Origin: an uncultured Gemmatimonadales bacterium
Lineage (GTDB): Bacteria > Gemmatimonadota > Gemmatimonadetes > Gemmatimonadales > GWC2-71-9
Reading direction: 5' to 3'
NCBI GenBank assembly: GCA_963821525.1
Contig: CAWGED010000016.1
Location: 1-24,125 of the forward strand
DNA: 24,125 nt
Shown piece after piece: positions 1 through 10,327 of this stretch. The notes under the pieces were generated by a model that was not told where the DNA came from, searched no databases, and saw only the letters and a list, made by a program, of their open reading frames with translations. Positions within the stretch are counted from its first letter, which is position 1; every line of letters begins with the position of its first letter. The position numbers were made by a program, and so were the translations under genes.

Positions 1-15
1 CCCATGTTTGCAAAA

Positions 16-47
16 AGAAAGCCCCGCAGAGTTTTGCGGGGCTTTCT
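16..47 (+). terminator. Intrinsic terminator-like hairpin
   Basis: AGAAAGCCCCGCA-gagttt-TGCGGGGCTTTCT is a perfect inverted repeat. A homologous hairpin follows the tRNA 3' remnant at 13632-13639. Confidence 0.7.
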
Positions 48-141
48 CCCTTCCGATCCTGTCAATGAAGGCTGTCGGGTTTCCCCGCCCGTTCGCGATC
101 TCTGACTACGACCGTTAAATCCTTACAATCTGGAGGCCGTT

Positions 142-300
142 ATGACCAAGCGCGGCAAATCGCTCAGCACCCGACAGAAAAAGGCTAAGCGTCTGACCCT
201 CACTAAGAAAACTCTGCGAGACCTCACGCCGAAGCGTGACCCGGTCGGCGGGCGTGGCACTGGCGGCGGGTACTGCACCTATCAGGTAAGCGCCTGCTGA
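142..300 (+). CDS. 52-aa putative RiPP (lanthipeptide-like) precursor with double-glycine leader
   Basis: GGAGG RBS at 132-136, ATG at 142, TGA at 298-300. Translation: MTKRGKSLSTRQKKAKRLTLTKKTLRDLTPKRDPVGG|RGTGGGYCTYQVSAC. Has an LxLxKxTLxxL leader motif, a GG site and a Cys/Ser/Thr core. Too short to appear in the ORF track. Confidence 0.7.
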   Translation: MTKRGKSLSTRQKKAKRLTLTKKTLRDLTPKRDPVGGRGTGGGYCTYQVSAC

Positions 301-510
301 GAGTCTTGGGTTGGTCGGGACGGGCCCGACCCCCTGGTCTGCACGGCTGCCCGGTCACAGCAGGCCACACGCCGACCACCAGGGGGATGCGTCGCGGTCG
401 TAGCCTGAGCGATCCGCTAAGGGGCCGTCCAGTGAGACGAGCGCTGTTTGGGTTGCCTTGGTGTTGTGGGGGAGCACCAGGAAATCAACCGCGCGCCAGC
501 TGGCTATAGC

Positions 511-569
511 GGCGATAGAGCGCGCGCTTCACATGCGCGAGGTCGGGGGTTCAAGTCCCTCATCGCCCA
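511..569 (+). pseudogene. tRNA-Val(CAC) remnant lacking most of the D arm
   Basis: Anticodon arm CGCGC-ttCACat-GCGCG (523-539), AGGTC variable loop, T arm GGGGG-TTCAAGT-CCCTC, acceptor 3' strand ATCGCCC-A. The 5' GGCGAT runs directly into AGAGC. Confidence 0.8.
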
Positions 570-609
570 TTGGTGGTTAGCGGTTAGCTATCAGCGAGTA
601 GCGGTCTAG

Positions 610-640
610 TCGACCCTCCGGTTGTGGATCGGAGGGTCGA
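610..640 (+). terminator. Hairpin downstream of tRNA remnant 1
   Basis: TCGACCCTCCG-N9-CGGAGGGTCGA followed by TTGATTT. A diverged homolog lies at about 1472-1504 after remnant 2. Confidence 0.6.
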
Positions 641-689
641 TTGATTTCCGGGCTTATGGCCACTCGATCGTGAGGGCCGGGCTTGCCGC

Positions 690-1185
690 TCACTCGTCCG
701 CGTCGTCGGGTGTCGCGGCCTCGGTCGACGTCACGCCGGCAGTGGTGATCTCCGAATGCCGGATCTGCCCTCCAAGGTTCGCGGTCCAGGCCATCAGCAC
801 CGTCGTCAGCACCGCCAAACCAAAGGTCGCCAGGAGCAAGGTCGATGGCATCGACCCGGTACGGCGCGAACGCCAGAGGAGCAGGAGAGCGGCCACACCG
901 AGAAGAGCCGCCCCGGAGGTGGCCACGGCGGCGGCGTCTTCATGCCGCTCGATCCGTCTTTCCGACACCACAGCCGCGTTCTCTATCAACTCTTCAGCCG
1001 GTTCGCCGGTCAGGTAAACCGCGCCTGCTGCTGCCCCCGTCAACAGCAGGACAACGAGGCTGGTCCGCCGAATCGTGTCGTCCCGGCGCCAGAGTACCGA
1101 CGGCGAGCAGGATAGTGCCGAACAGGACGCCGAGTACTGGGAGATGGTTCAGCGCGAGGTGAAGATGCGCGGGATTGATAGACAT
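690..1185 (-). CDS. DUF2231-like membrane protein, copy 1 (one-base frameshift near 1095)
   Basis: ORFs 994..1185 and 690..1043 join into a paralog of 23407..23901. There is an extra T in CAGAGtACCG versus CAGAGACCG in copy 2. Motifs HLALNHLP, TGEPAEE, RHEDAA, GGQIRHSEI. Confidence 0.75.
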
Positions 1186-1216
1186 GGAGCCCCCTTTGCT
1201 GGTTCATTCTGATCAG

Positions 1217-1260
1217 AAGCTAGCATTAGGGGATGAAGGGGCCGTGAAGGACGAGTGAGG
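1217..1260 (-). promoter_or_regulatory. Putative OmpR/PhoB-family tandem direct-repeat site plus -10 element
   Basis: Minus strand reads CCTCAC-N5-CTTCAC-N5-CTTCAT (11-bp period), a 10-nt spacer, then TAGCTT. The same arrangement is conserved at 23931-23974. Confidence 0.5.
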
Positions 1261-1367
1261 TCGTGGCTTAGGGCTAATGTCATTTTGCTGACGGCTGACG
1301 AGGCCATCGCAAAAGCAGCAGGAGATCCACCAATCCTGTTCCCGCAAACAATGCCGAAGATTGGACT

Positions 1368-1439
1368 GGGGATCAGCCCTAGCTGGTTAGAGCACGCGCC
1401 TCACATGCGAGGCCGGGGGTTCAAGTCCCTCATCGCTCA
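1368..1439 (+). pseudogene. Degenerate near-full-length tRNA-Val(CAC)
   Basis: D-loop-like AGCTGGTTAGAGC, CTCACAT loop, GGGGGTTCAAGTCCCTC T arm, ATCGCTCA 3' end. The acceptor and anticodon stems are damaged. Confidence 0.75.
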
Positions 1440-1547
1440 TTAGCGATTAGCGGTTAGCGGTAGAAGCGTGGTCGACCCTCTCGCAAACGAATCCAAAGGG
1501 TCGATTGTTTTTGCTGGCAATGTTGCGCCGACAAATAGGGAAATCCA

Positions 1548-1619
1548 GCGAGGTCGGGGCGGGAGCCGCGCGGGTCTGCGGCTGGGCTCGCTCCGCTTCG
1601 CATCAAGTCCCTCATCGCC
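1548..1619 (+). repeat. tRNA-Val 3' half interrupted at the T-loop by a 43-nt GC-rich insert
   Basis: GCGAGGTCGGGG (1548-1559), then insert 1560-1602, then TCAAGTCCCTCATCGCC (1603-1619). Confidence 0.75.
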
Positions 1620-1657
1620 GATCGCATGACGTCAACCACCTCGGTACCCCACCCAGG

Positions 1658-3681
1658 TTACCCCCGCACTAGGTCGCGCAGGAGGGTGGTCAGAACACTG
1701 GGAAAGCGCTCGACCCGGGAGAGCACTTCGAAGCCCCGGTCGAAGATCCGGGGGGCGGTACCGGGGGGCTTCTCGGTCCACCGTGAGGCAGAAGACGTGG
1801 GTACAGCCTGGCGCCGGGCCTCGGCTACTGCCATGCGGGTGTCTTCAATGCCGTAGCGTCCCTCGTACTCGTCCACATCGTTCTGGCCGCCCGTCGGAGA
1901 GGAAAAGCAGCAACGATGCCGCACCGGCTGGCGCACAAGCCCCGCGGTGACGTGCCGGAGCGCTGCACCGACGCGGGTGTAACCATCCGGCTCCAGGCCT
2001 GCGATCTGGTGCAGTACGTCTCCGCCTCCAGCGGCCTCGTCGAAGCGCTTGAGCACCCGGACGGTGACGCGGGCAAGGCCCTGAACTTGCGAAGGCCAGC
2101 ACCGCGTGCGGATCGCCCAGTGAGGCGAGCGCTTCGCCGACGATGAGCAACGCCTCCTTCTCCACGTCGATGATTCGCCGGTCGCCGGCGACCCACCCAT
2201 CGGTGGATGCACTCTGCGTCGACCAACAAGGCGATCGCCGCGTCGCGTCGCACGGGCCGAGTGTCGACATAGAATCGGTCATCTGCTATGCCCCCGCCAC
2301 GGCGATCGGCGTGGGCCGCGACCAGTGCATCCACATCCAGATCGCCACCTCCCGCTGGCGCCGAAGGAGCGTGCGCCGCGGCATGAGGCGTCTCGAAGTC
2401 CCGGCGGACCGTGCGGATCATGGACGAATGCCGGCGCAGCATGGCTTCCACCCACACGTTGCTTCCCGCCTCGGCTACTCGCTCCCGGACAACCGCGGCG
2501 CGAGCCCGATAAGCTCCCGCCCGGCAGTCCCACTCCGGATAGGCGAGGCCGCGCGGCTCGGCTCCGACCTGGCGCCCCGGTGCGCGGGCAAGTTCGGGTC
2601 GGCTCCCGCCAGTACCCGGCGACCGCCGCTGGCGTCCGGACCAGGCGCGCCTCGGGCAACTCTCACAGCGCGTCGGCGAGCTCTCCGGCGTGCGTCCGCC
2701 TGCTGATCCCGATCGGCGGGGCGGTCCGGCCCGGCCGGGTCTTCGGCCTTCTCTTGCAGATCATCGGCCCGCACCATCGAAGTACCGGGCTCGCAGTTGT
2801 CCTCATCCTCGGAAGCCTCTCGGATGCGCGCGACGTCTGGGAAGAATTCGGCTCCGGCCGGGCGGAGAGAGGTTTTCGTCGGTTCCACCTGGCGCGGCCG
2901 TCGCAGGGGCCTCGAACGCGTCGTCCATCGCACCCCAAAGTGGGACCGGGGTTACGCCCCGATAGGGACCGCCCAGGCCCGCCAGCTTCAGCCGGTGTGT
3001 CTCAGCCCATTTGGCGCGAGGTCTCCGAGGTTTCTGCGACGACGAACGGCGCCGGTGGCAGTGCTGGATCCGCGGCAAGCAGTCCCCGCACCAGGGTCTC
3101 GACCGCGATCTCCTGATAGGAGGGCTGGCGAACGGACCGCCCTGGCGTCTGCAGCTTCCCCCGGCCCGGGCCTCACTGAGAGCCGCAGCAAACCGAGGGA
3201 ACATGCGCACCAGCGTTGCGTCCATCGCGGCAGCTTCGGCGAGCAGGTAGAGATCCCGAAGCATCGCATCCCCGGCGGGAAGGACGGCCCTCGTACCACG
3301 GTGGGCCCGCGCCGCTTGCTCCAGTGCCATGGGGGGGTGATCGGTGCTCGATCTGCCCCGGCGGGAGAGAATCGAGACGCCCGGGGAGCCTGATTCGCAC
3401 GCCGTCCATCGAAGCCAGGGCGTGCGGACTGCAACAAATGGGATGTGCGGTGGAGCTCGGGCCAGGCGTGCCAGGAAACTTGGCGGTGGTGGTGGTTCCG
3501 CGGTCCCCATTTCCGGAGCCTCGGGGAAGACCGCGGCGACGAAGAGCTCCAGGCGCCGTCTCAGGTCCTGCAATCCGGGTCGTTGTTCCGCGACCCGCGC
3601 CACCCGTCGGGCCCATAGCTCGCGTGCCAGGCGCGTGGCATGCAGGGCAGCTTCGGCGATGACGTCTTCGGGCTCCGCCAC
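1658..3681 (-). CDS. norD: Nitric oxide reductase activation protein NorD (VWA domain), multiply frameshifted
   Basis: N-terminus MAEPEDVIAEAA. C-terminal fragments across frames: DLDVDALV, RDAAIALLVD..S.STDGWV, IIDVEKEALL, LEPDGYTRVGAALRH, LSDG.P.D.DEYEGRYGIEDTR. Lies directly downstream of norQ. Confidence 0.85.
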
Positions 3682-3685
3682 CGGA

Positions 3686-4530
3686 TCAGAAACTCGCGGT
3701 GATCAGGTCGTCGATAGCAGCGAGCAGATCGGGGTCATCAGTGAGCGGCGCCAGGAGGGCAACCCGGCAAGACTCGGTCGGGGCGATGCCACCGCTGATG
3801 AGCCGGGCCGTCGCCACGAGGAGCCGACTGCTGGGCACGGCGGCGAGCCCCCGGCCCGTAGCCGCCGAATCCGGCCCGCCAGCTCCACCAACGCTCCGGC
3901 GGTCGTGTTGTCCACGCCCCCTGGTGCATGCACCACCCGGTGCTCCAGGTCGGCCCGCGGGAGGGAAATTGAATTCGAGGGCCACAAATCGCTGCCGCGG
4001 GCTCGGCTTGAGATCCTTGAGCACGTGCTGGTAACCGGGATTGTAGGAGACGACCAGCTCGAAACCCCGGCGCAGCCTCGACCAGCTCGCCGGTCTTTTC
4101 GATCGGCAGCATTCGGCGATCGTCGGTAAGTGGGTGAATCACGACGATCACATCCTGGCGGGCCTCTACCACCTCGTCGAGGTAGCAGATCGCCCCCAGT
4201 CGCGCCGCGCGTGCGAGGGGACCATCCTGCCACTCGGTTTCGCCGCCCCGCAGTCCAGCCAGCGGCCCGGTCAGATCCGCTAAAATGGAGATCGTCGTGG
4301 CAGGCCACCGTCACGAGCGGCCGTTTGAGGCGCCAGGCCACGCGCTCCACGAACCGGGTCTTGCCGCATCCCGTTGGCCCCTTGAGATGAACCGCCAGCC
4401 CCCTCCGGTGGCACTCCCCGAAGACCGCGATCTCGTTTCCAACCGGGAGGTAAAAAGGCTCCCCCCCGTCCGGATGGCGGAGCCCATCCGGGAGCGTGCG
4501 CGAGAGCGTCGCTAGTCGCTGCGGGTGCAT
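3686..4530 (-). CDS. norQ: CbbQ/NirQ/NorQ AAA+ ATPase, frameshifted
   Basis: PFYLPVGNE, Walker [69 protein letters not shown]. Confidence 0.9.
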
Positions 4531-4534
4531 GGCA

Positions 4535-5929
4535 TCAACCCTGTGACTCAAGTCGCGACGGCCGGCCAAGCTGCAGTGAACCGCGACGCCGGGGCGCCAG
4601 GAAGAAGAAGTCGAAGACAGGAAAAGCCAGATCCTCGGTGCCGAACAACAACCCGGTGCCAAGCACCATGAGAAAATGCACCTGAATCTTGTGCTGGGTC
4701 TCGAGGTACCCGAGGCCCATGATGCGCTCCAGGTAGGTCTGGCCGATTCCCGCCGCGGCGAACGCCATCGTCTATCCCGAAGATCCCCGCCCATCTGCAG
4801 CCAAAACGCCCCACATCTCGAGTCGGCGACTCTCTCCCGCCTCCTGGTCGTGACCGAACAGCCCGGGCGCCGCGTAGGTAATCATCGCCAGCACGATCAT
4901 CACGTCCGATCCGCAAGAAGGCCATGTGCCCGTGCATCGCGGCGAGCCCATGGTGCCGTGGGTCGACTTGTTCACCGAAGGCCAGGGGTGGGCCAGTCCC
5001 AGAATCCCGGCTCCCAGGGCGGAGAAGACCGCGCTTCCGATGGTCCAGTGAAGCGCAAGACGGGTCCGGGCGAGGAGAGCCCGGAGCGCCGAATGGCCAT
5101 GTAGGCATAGATCGCCATCCCCAGGAAGGCCAGCGGTTCGAGCGCGCTGAAGACCCCGCCGATGGCCTGCCAAGAACTCGGCAATCCGATCCAGAAGTAG
5201 TGGTGCGCCGTGCCGAGGATCCCGGCGATGAAGGTGAGCCCGACGATCACGTAGAGCCATTTCTCCATCACCTCCCGGTCCGCTCCGGAGAGTCGGATCA
5301 GCAGGTAGGCCAGGAGCGCGCCCTGCACCATCTCCCTCCATTCATCAACCCACAGGTGGACGGTCGACCACCGGTAGTAGATGCTGACGGTGTAAAAGTC
5401 GTCGAAGGTGAATAGCGCCGGCAGGTAGAGGATGGTGGTGAGGGCCAGCCCTGCCAGCAGCACGCCCAGCGTAGTGGTGAAGCGTTTCACCTTCCAGATG
5501 GTCATTCCGATGTTGTACAGGAACATCAGCATCACGACGACGATCGCCAACTTCACCGGCATCGGCTGCTCCAGCAGCTTGTTCCCCTCGGTCCACCGGA
5601 ACAGGTAGCCCACCACAGCGGTCACCCCCGCGGTAGTCCACAGGCCGAGCTGCCAGTAGGCGAGCCGCGGCGAGTGGAGCTCGCTCCGCGACTCCTCCGG
5701 CACCGGCCTGCCAATAGGTGGCGCCCATGAACCCGGTCAGCACCCACACGATGAGCAGGTTGGCGTGCATCCTCTGGACCTACGTCAAACGGCAGGAATG
5801 CCTTGATCGGGTCGGGTCCCAGGTACTTGGCGATGGAGATGGTGCTGAACACCATCTGCAGCTTCTACATAGAGCAGCAGGTGCGACGATGAAGTAGGCG
5901 TAGGCGACGGTCTGCGTGCGATAGCGCAT
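4535..5929 (-). CDS. norB: Cytochrome c-dependent nitric oxide reductase large subunit NorB, multiply frameshifted
   Basis: RBS AAGGAG and start [13 protein letters not shown]. Fragments [21 protein letters not shown]...[56 protein letters not shown]. Confidence 0.92.
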
Positions 5930-5941
5930 CTCCGCTCCTTG

Positions 5942-6757
5942 CTACTTGAGAGTCATGAGGTAGGCCACCAGCGCATCCACCTGGGCCGGCTGGAGCGACT
6001 GGCCGAAGCCCGGCGGCATCATGGACTGGCCGTTGCTCGAGAAGGTCGGCCCGGGAACCAGGTCGGCGTTGGGATCCAGGATCGACTCGTGGATGTAGCT
6101 TGCCGCGTCGGTCGCCTTGCCGTGGTAGTCCGCGGCGCCGATGCGTGCCGCTGCCGTCGCGGCGATCCCCGCCAATGACGGGCCCACCAGGTTCACGCCG
6201 GTCGCGGTCGAGTGACAGGCAAAGCACCCCGGTGGCGACTGGCTGAAGAGCGCCTGCCCGATTGCCACCGGATCATCCGAGGCCGCCTGCGGAACCGCCC
6301 CGCCGACGTTGCTGCCCGGAATCGCAGCTCCGGAGACCATGATGGGCCGAGGAGGCCAGCCATGGTTGTCGATCTTCCCCACCCAGGTCAGGAAGGCGAT
6401 CACCTCGTCGATCTCCTGGGCCGACAGTTTCAGGTTCGGCATGAGGCGCCGGTCCCGCTCCTCGTTGTAAAACTTGGAGGGATCGGCCAGGAAGGCGCGC
6501 AAGTAGGGCGCTCCCCGCTGCTCGGCGATCTTGGTCAGGTCGGGGGCGTAATACGCGCCCTCGCCGAGGAGAGTGTGGCAGTTGATGCAGTTCTTTCGGT
6601 GCCACACATGCTTCCCGGCGACGACCTCCGGCGTGATCTGGTCGGCATGGGTCAGCGTGGCGAACTGTCGGTGGCTGTCGATTGTGAGAGCGAGAAAGAC
6701 CAGCGAGAAGAGAGCGGTGGAACCAAGAAAAAATGCCCGCGTCTGTCGTTTGTTCAT
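5942..6757 (-). CDS. norC: NorC with an extra C-terminal cytochrome c domain (two CxxCH motifs)
   Basis: N-terminal TM helix, GKHVWHRKNCINCHTLLGEGAYYAPDLT and RLMP (NorC signature). Second domain CFACH..VGPSL..YIHESILDP..MMPP. Intact 271-aa ORF. Confidence 0.92.
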   Translation of the reverse strand: MNKRQTRAFFLGSTALFSLVFLALTIDSHRQFATLTHADQITPEVVAGKHVWHRKNCINCHTLLGEGAYYAPDLTKIAEQRGAPYLRAFLADPSKFYNEERDRRLMPNLKLSAQEIDEVIAFLTWVGKIDNHGWPPRPIMVSGAAIPGSNVGGAVPQAASDDPVAIGQALFSQSPPGCFACHSTATGVNLVGPSLAGIAATAAARIGAADYHGKATDAASYIHESILDPNADLVPGPTFSSNGQSMMPPGFGQSLQPAQVDALVAYLMTLK

Positions 6758-6769
6758 GGACCCCCCGGG

Positions 6770-6913
6770 TCAGACACCGATCTGGCGGAAGTAGCGGAGC
6801 GCCATGGTCGCGCCGTAGCCGGCCGCGGCGGCCATCAGAGCCAGGATGAGCAGGCACAGGGCGCGGGTGAGAACCGTCGCACCCGGAGCGGGCGGGCCTG
6901 TAGTACTGTCCAT
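6770..6913 (-). CDS. 47-aa single-TM protein at the head of the nor operon
   Basis: GGAGG RBS 6 nt before ATG. Translation: MDSTTGPPAPGATVLTRALCLLILALMAAAAGYGATMALRYFRQIGV. Its stop is 12 nt upstream of the norC ATG. Confidence 0.75.
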   Translation of the reverse strand: MDSTTGPPAPGATVLTRALCLLILALMAAAAGYGATMALRYFRQIGV

Positions 6914-7091
6914 CTGCGACCTCCGAGGTGGGGAACGTGCGGAGGCAAGGGGTCAGCGGGTCCAGCCATTAGTACCGTCGGGGGCAGGATCGCGCAACCT
7001 TCAGACGGAGAGCTTCGACAGAGGACTCTGCGGCGGGGAAGCGGAGACGCCGCCGGGTCCCGAGCCCCTCATCGTCCGTTGGTCAAGGAGC

Positions 7092-7175
7092 GTAAGCCCT
7101 CAGCCGTCAGCTGTCTGCTATCGGCGAATGGCTTACAGCCTAAGGCCTATGGCTTATGGCTGACGGCTGACGGGG
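7092..7175. repeat. Heptamer (GGCTTAT/GGCTGAC) tandem-repeat palindrome
   Basis: CCCTCAGCCGTCAGC (7097-7111) pairs with GCTGACGGCTGACGGGG (7159-7175). Internal run GGCTTAC AGCCTAA GGCCTAT GGCTTAT GGCTGAC GGCTGAC. Confidence 0.75.
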
Positions 7176-7235
7176 AGCCCCGCGCCGGCCTGCGGCCGTG
7201 CTCGCTCCGCTTCGCGTCAAGTCCCTCATCGCCCA
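7171..7235 (+). repeat. T-loop insert plus tRNA-Val 3' end (direct repeat of 1560-1619)
   Basis: CGGGGAGCCCCGCGCCGGCCTGCGGCCGTGCTCGCTCCGCTTCGCG followed by TCAAGTCCCTCATCGCCCA. A hairpin follows at about 7247-7282. Confidence 0.8.
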
Positions 7236-7555
7236 TGCGTGTAACAGAAGCTCCGCCGTCGATTCGAGACGCGCGGGGGTTCGATTTTCTCGGTCTCCAA
7301 CCAAGTCAGGGTGTGATCCGCGCCGGCCTGCGGCCGTGACTCACGCCGAGGTACCCCATCGAGATGATAGTCCAAAGTCCAATTGATGGGCCGCCACCCT
7401 TCTGAGAGATTGTTTCCCCCCACTTCTGGTAGCGCATCCGAATTGGATCGGACATGCGCAACGGACAATCCTCCCGGCGAGGAGCGCCCGTGACCAACTC
7501 GAAGGGGTCCCGTACACCCCCAGACCTCCTATCAGTGTGCTAGGAGATCCTCGCC

Positions 7556-9012
<1,457 letters not shown>

Positions 9013-10191
9013 TTTACCGATATTCGGCCTTTTCAGTGTGAACATCCCGGAAGCGGAGCTCACCGAATTGCGCAAGCGCATCAACGCACGCGGTGGCCCG
9101 AAAAGGAGACCGTCTCCGATTTTTCGCAAGGCGTGCAACTCGCCTTCATTCAAGCGCTCGCGCGGTATTGGGCCACGGAGTACGACTGGCGCAAGGTCGA
9201 GGCAAAGCTGAACTCCTACCCCAATTTCCTCACCGAGATCGACGGCCTCGACATTCATTTCATGCACATACGTTCGAAGCATGAGGATGCGCTGCCACTC
9301 ATCGTCACCCACGGCTGGCCTGGCTCGCCCATCGAGCAGCTGAAGATCATCGATCCGCTGACCAACCCCACGGCTCACGGCGGCAGCGCGTCGGACGCCT
9401 TCCACGTGGTGATCCCGTCGATGGCCGGCTACGGGTTTTCAGGCAAGCCCACGACGCCCGGTTGGGACCCCGCTCGCATGGCGCGGGCGTGGGTGGAGCT
9501 GATGAAGCGCCTCGGGTACAGCCGATTCGCGGCGCAAGGTGGTGATTGGGGTGGGTTCGTCACGAACCTGATGGCTCAACAGGCACCCCCGGAGTTGATC
9601 GGCATCCATGTGAACTTCTCCGGTGCCGCGCCCCCTGACGTTTCCAAGGCGCTTCAGTCCGGCGGGCCGCCGCCGGCCGGTCTCTCGGCGGAGGAGCAGC
9701 GGGCATACGACCAGATGGCGTTCCTTTACCAGCACGTCCCTACGCAAATAATGATGGCCGCGCACCCACAAACCCTGTACGGGTTGGCGGACTCACCCGT
9801 CGCCCTTGCCGCCTGGATGATCGACCACGACGTGGCCAGCTACGGGCACATCGTGAAACTCTTTGTCGATGGGGAGCCCTACGGCGACCTGACCCGGGAC
9901 GACATCCTCGACAACATCACCCTTTCCTGGTTGACGAACACGGGCGTGTCCAGCGCTCGGCTCTATGTGGAATACAAGGGCGCCTTCTTCAGCGACTACA
10001 ACATCTCCGTTCCGGCTGCCGTAAGCGTTTTCCCTGAAGAGGTCTACCAAGCTCCGCGGAGTTGGACCGAGCGCGCCTACCGAAATCTCATCCACTTCAA
10101 CGAGCTCCCCAAGGGCGGCCACTTTGCGGCCTGGGAACAGCCGAAGCTCTTCGTAAATGAGCTGCGCGTGGGGTTCAAGTCGCTTCGGTAG
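9013..10191 (+). CDS. Epoxide hydrolase, copy 2 (start lost in the homopolymer, frameshifts near 9035-9090)
   Basis: DIRPF, RWPEKETVSDFSQGVQL, THGWPGS, GYGFS, nucleophile motif GGDWGG, GGHFAAWEQP. Confidence 0.9.
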   Translation, partial: FTDIRPFQCEHPGSGAHRIAQAHQRTRWPEKETVSDFSQGVQLAFIQALARYWATEYDWRKVEAKLNSYPNFLTEIDGLDIHFMHIRSKHEDALPLIVTHGWPGSPIEQLKIIDPLTNPTAHGGSASDAFHVVIPSMAGYGFSGKPTTPGWDPARMARAWVELMKRLGYSRFAAQGGDWGGFVTNLMAQQAPPELIGIHVNFSGAAPPDVSKALQSGGPPPAGLSAEEQRAYDQMAFLYQHVPTQIMMAAHPQTLYGLADSPVALAAWMIDHDVASYGHIVKLFVDGEPYGDLTRDDILDNITLSWLTNTGVSSARLYVEYKGAFFSDYNISVPAAVSVFPEEVYQAPRSWTERAYRNLIHFNELPKGGHFAAWEQPKLFVNELRVGFKSLR

Positions 10192-10215
10192 GTCAAGGAA
10201 GTTCAAATGTCGCAT

Positions 10216-10248
10216 GGCGGATGGCGCGCCTGCCGAGCGTCATCCGTC
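10216..10248. terminator. Hairpin between convergent genes
   Basis: GGCGGATGGCGC...GCGTCATCCGTC imperfect inverted repeat. Confidence 0.4.
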
Positions 10249-10327
10249 GTTCCCGAATCGGCTTTCCTTCGTCAAGTAATGAAGTGGAACTCTCGAGCGG
10301 GACGAGTGCGCATCGCCCTCGTGGCCC

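Noticed and set aside
5330..5365. NorB HLWVE motif reads [10 protein letters not shown], an apparent loss of the FeB-site Glu
   Set aside because: It lies in a gene with many indel errors and the neighbouring codons are also garbled, so it cannot be claimed as a natural variant.
6914..7100. FNR/DNR/NnrR box upstream of the nor operon
   Set aside because: No convincing TTGAT-N4-ATCAA-like palindrome was found by eye.
7273..7303. GGGGGTTCGATT...CTCCAACCA resembling a tRNA-Ala/tmRNA 3' end
   Set aside because: The T stem pairs poorly, and the G-run is better explained as the right arm of the hairpin at about 7247-7282.
7370..7455. CCAATT/AATTGG motifs as a MocR/GntR-type operator
   Set aside because: The motifs are short, no cognate regulator is in the window, and the support is insufficient.
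10170..10186. GGGGTTCAAGTCGCTTC resembling the tRNA T arm
   Set aside because: It encodes the normal GFKSLR C-terminus of the epoxide hydrolase and lacks the acceptor strand, so it is probably chance.
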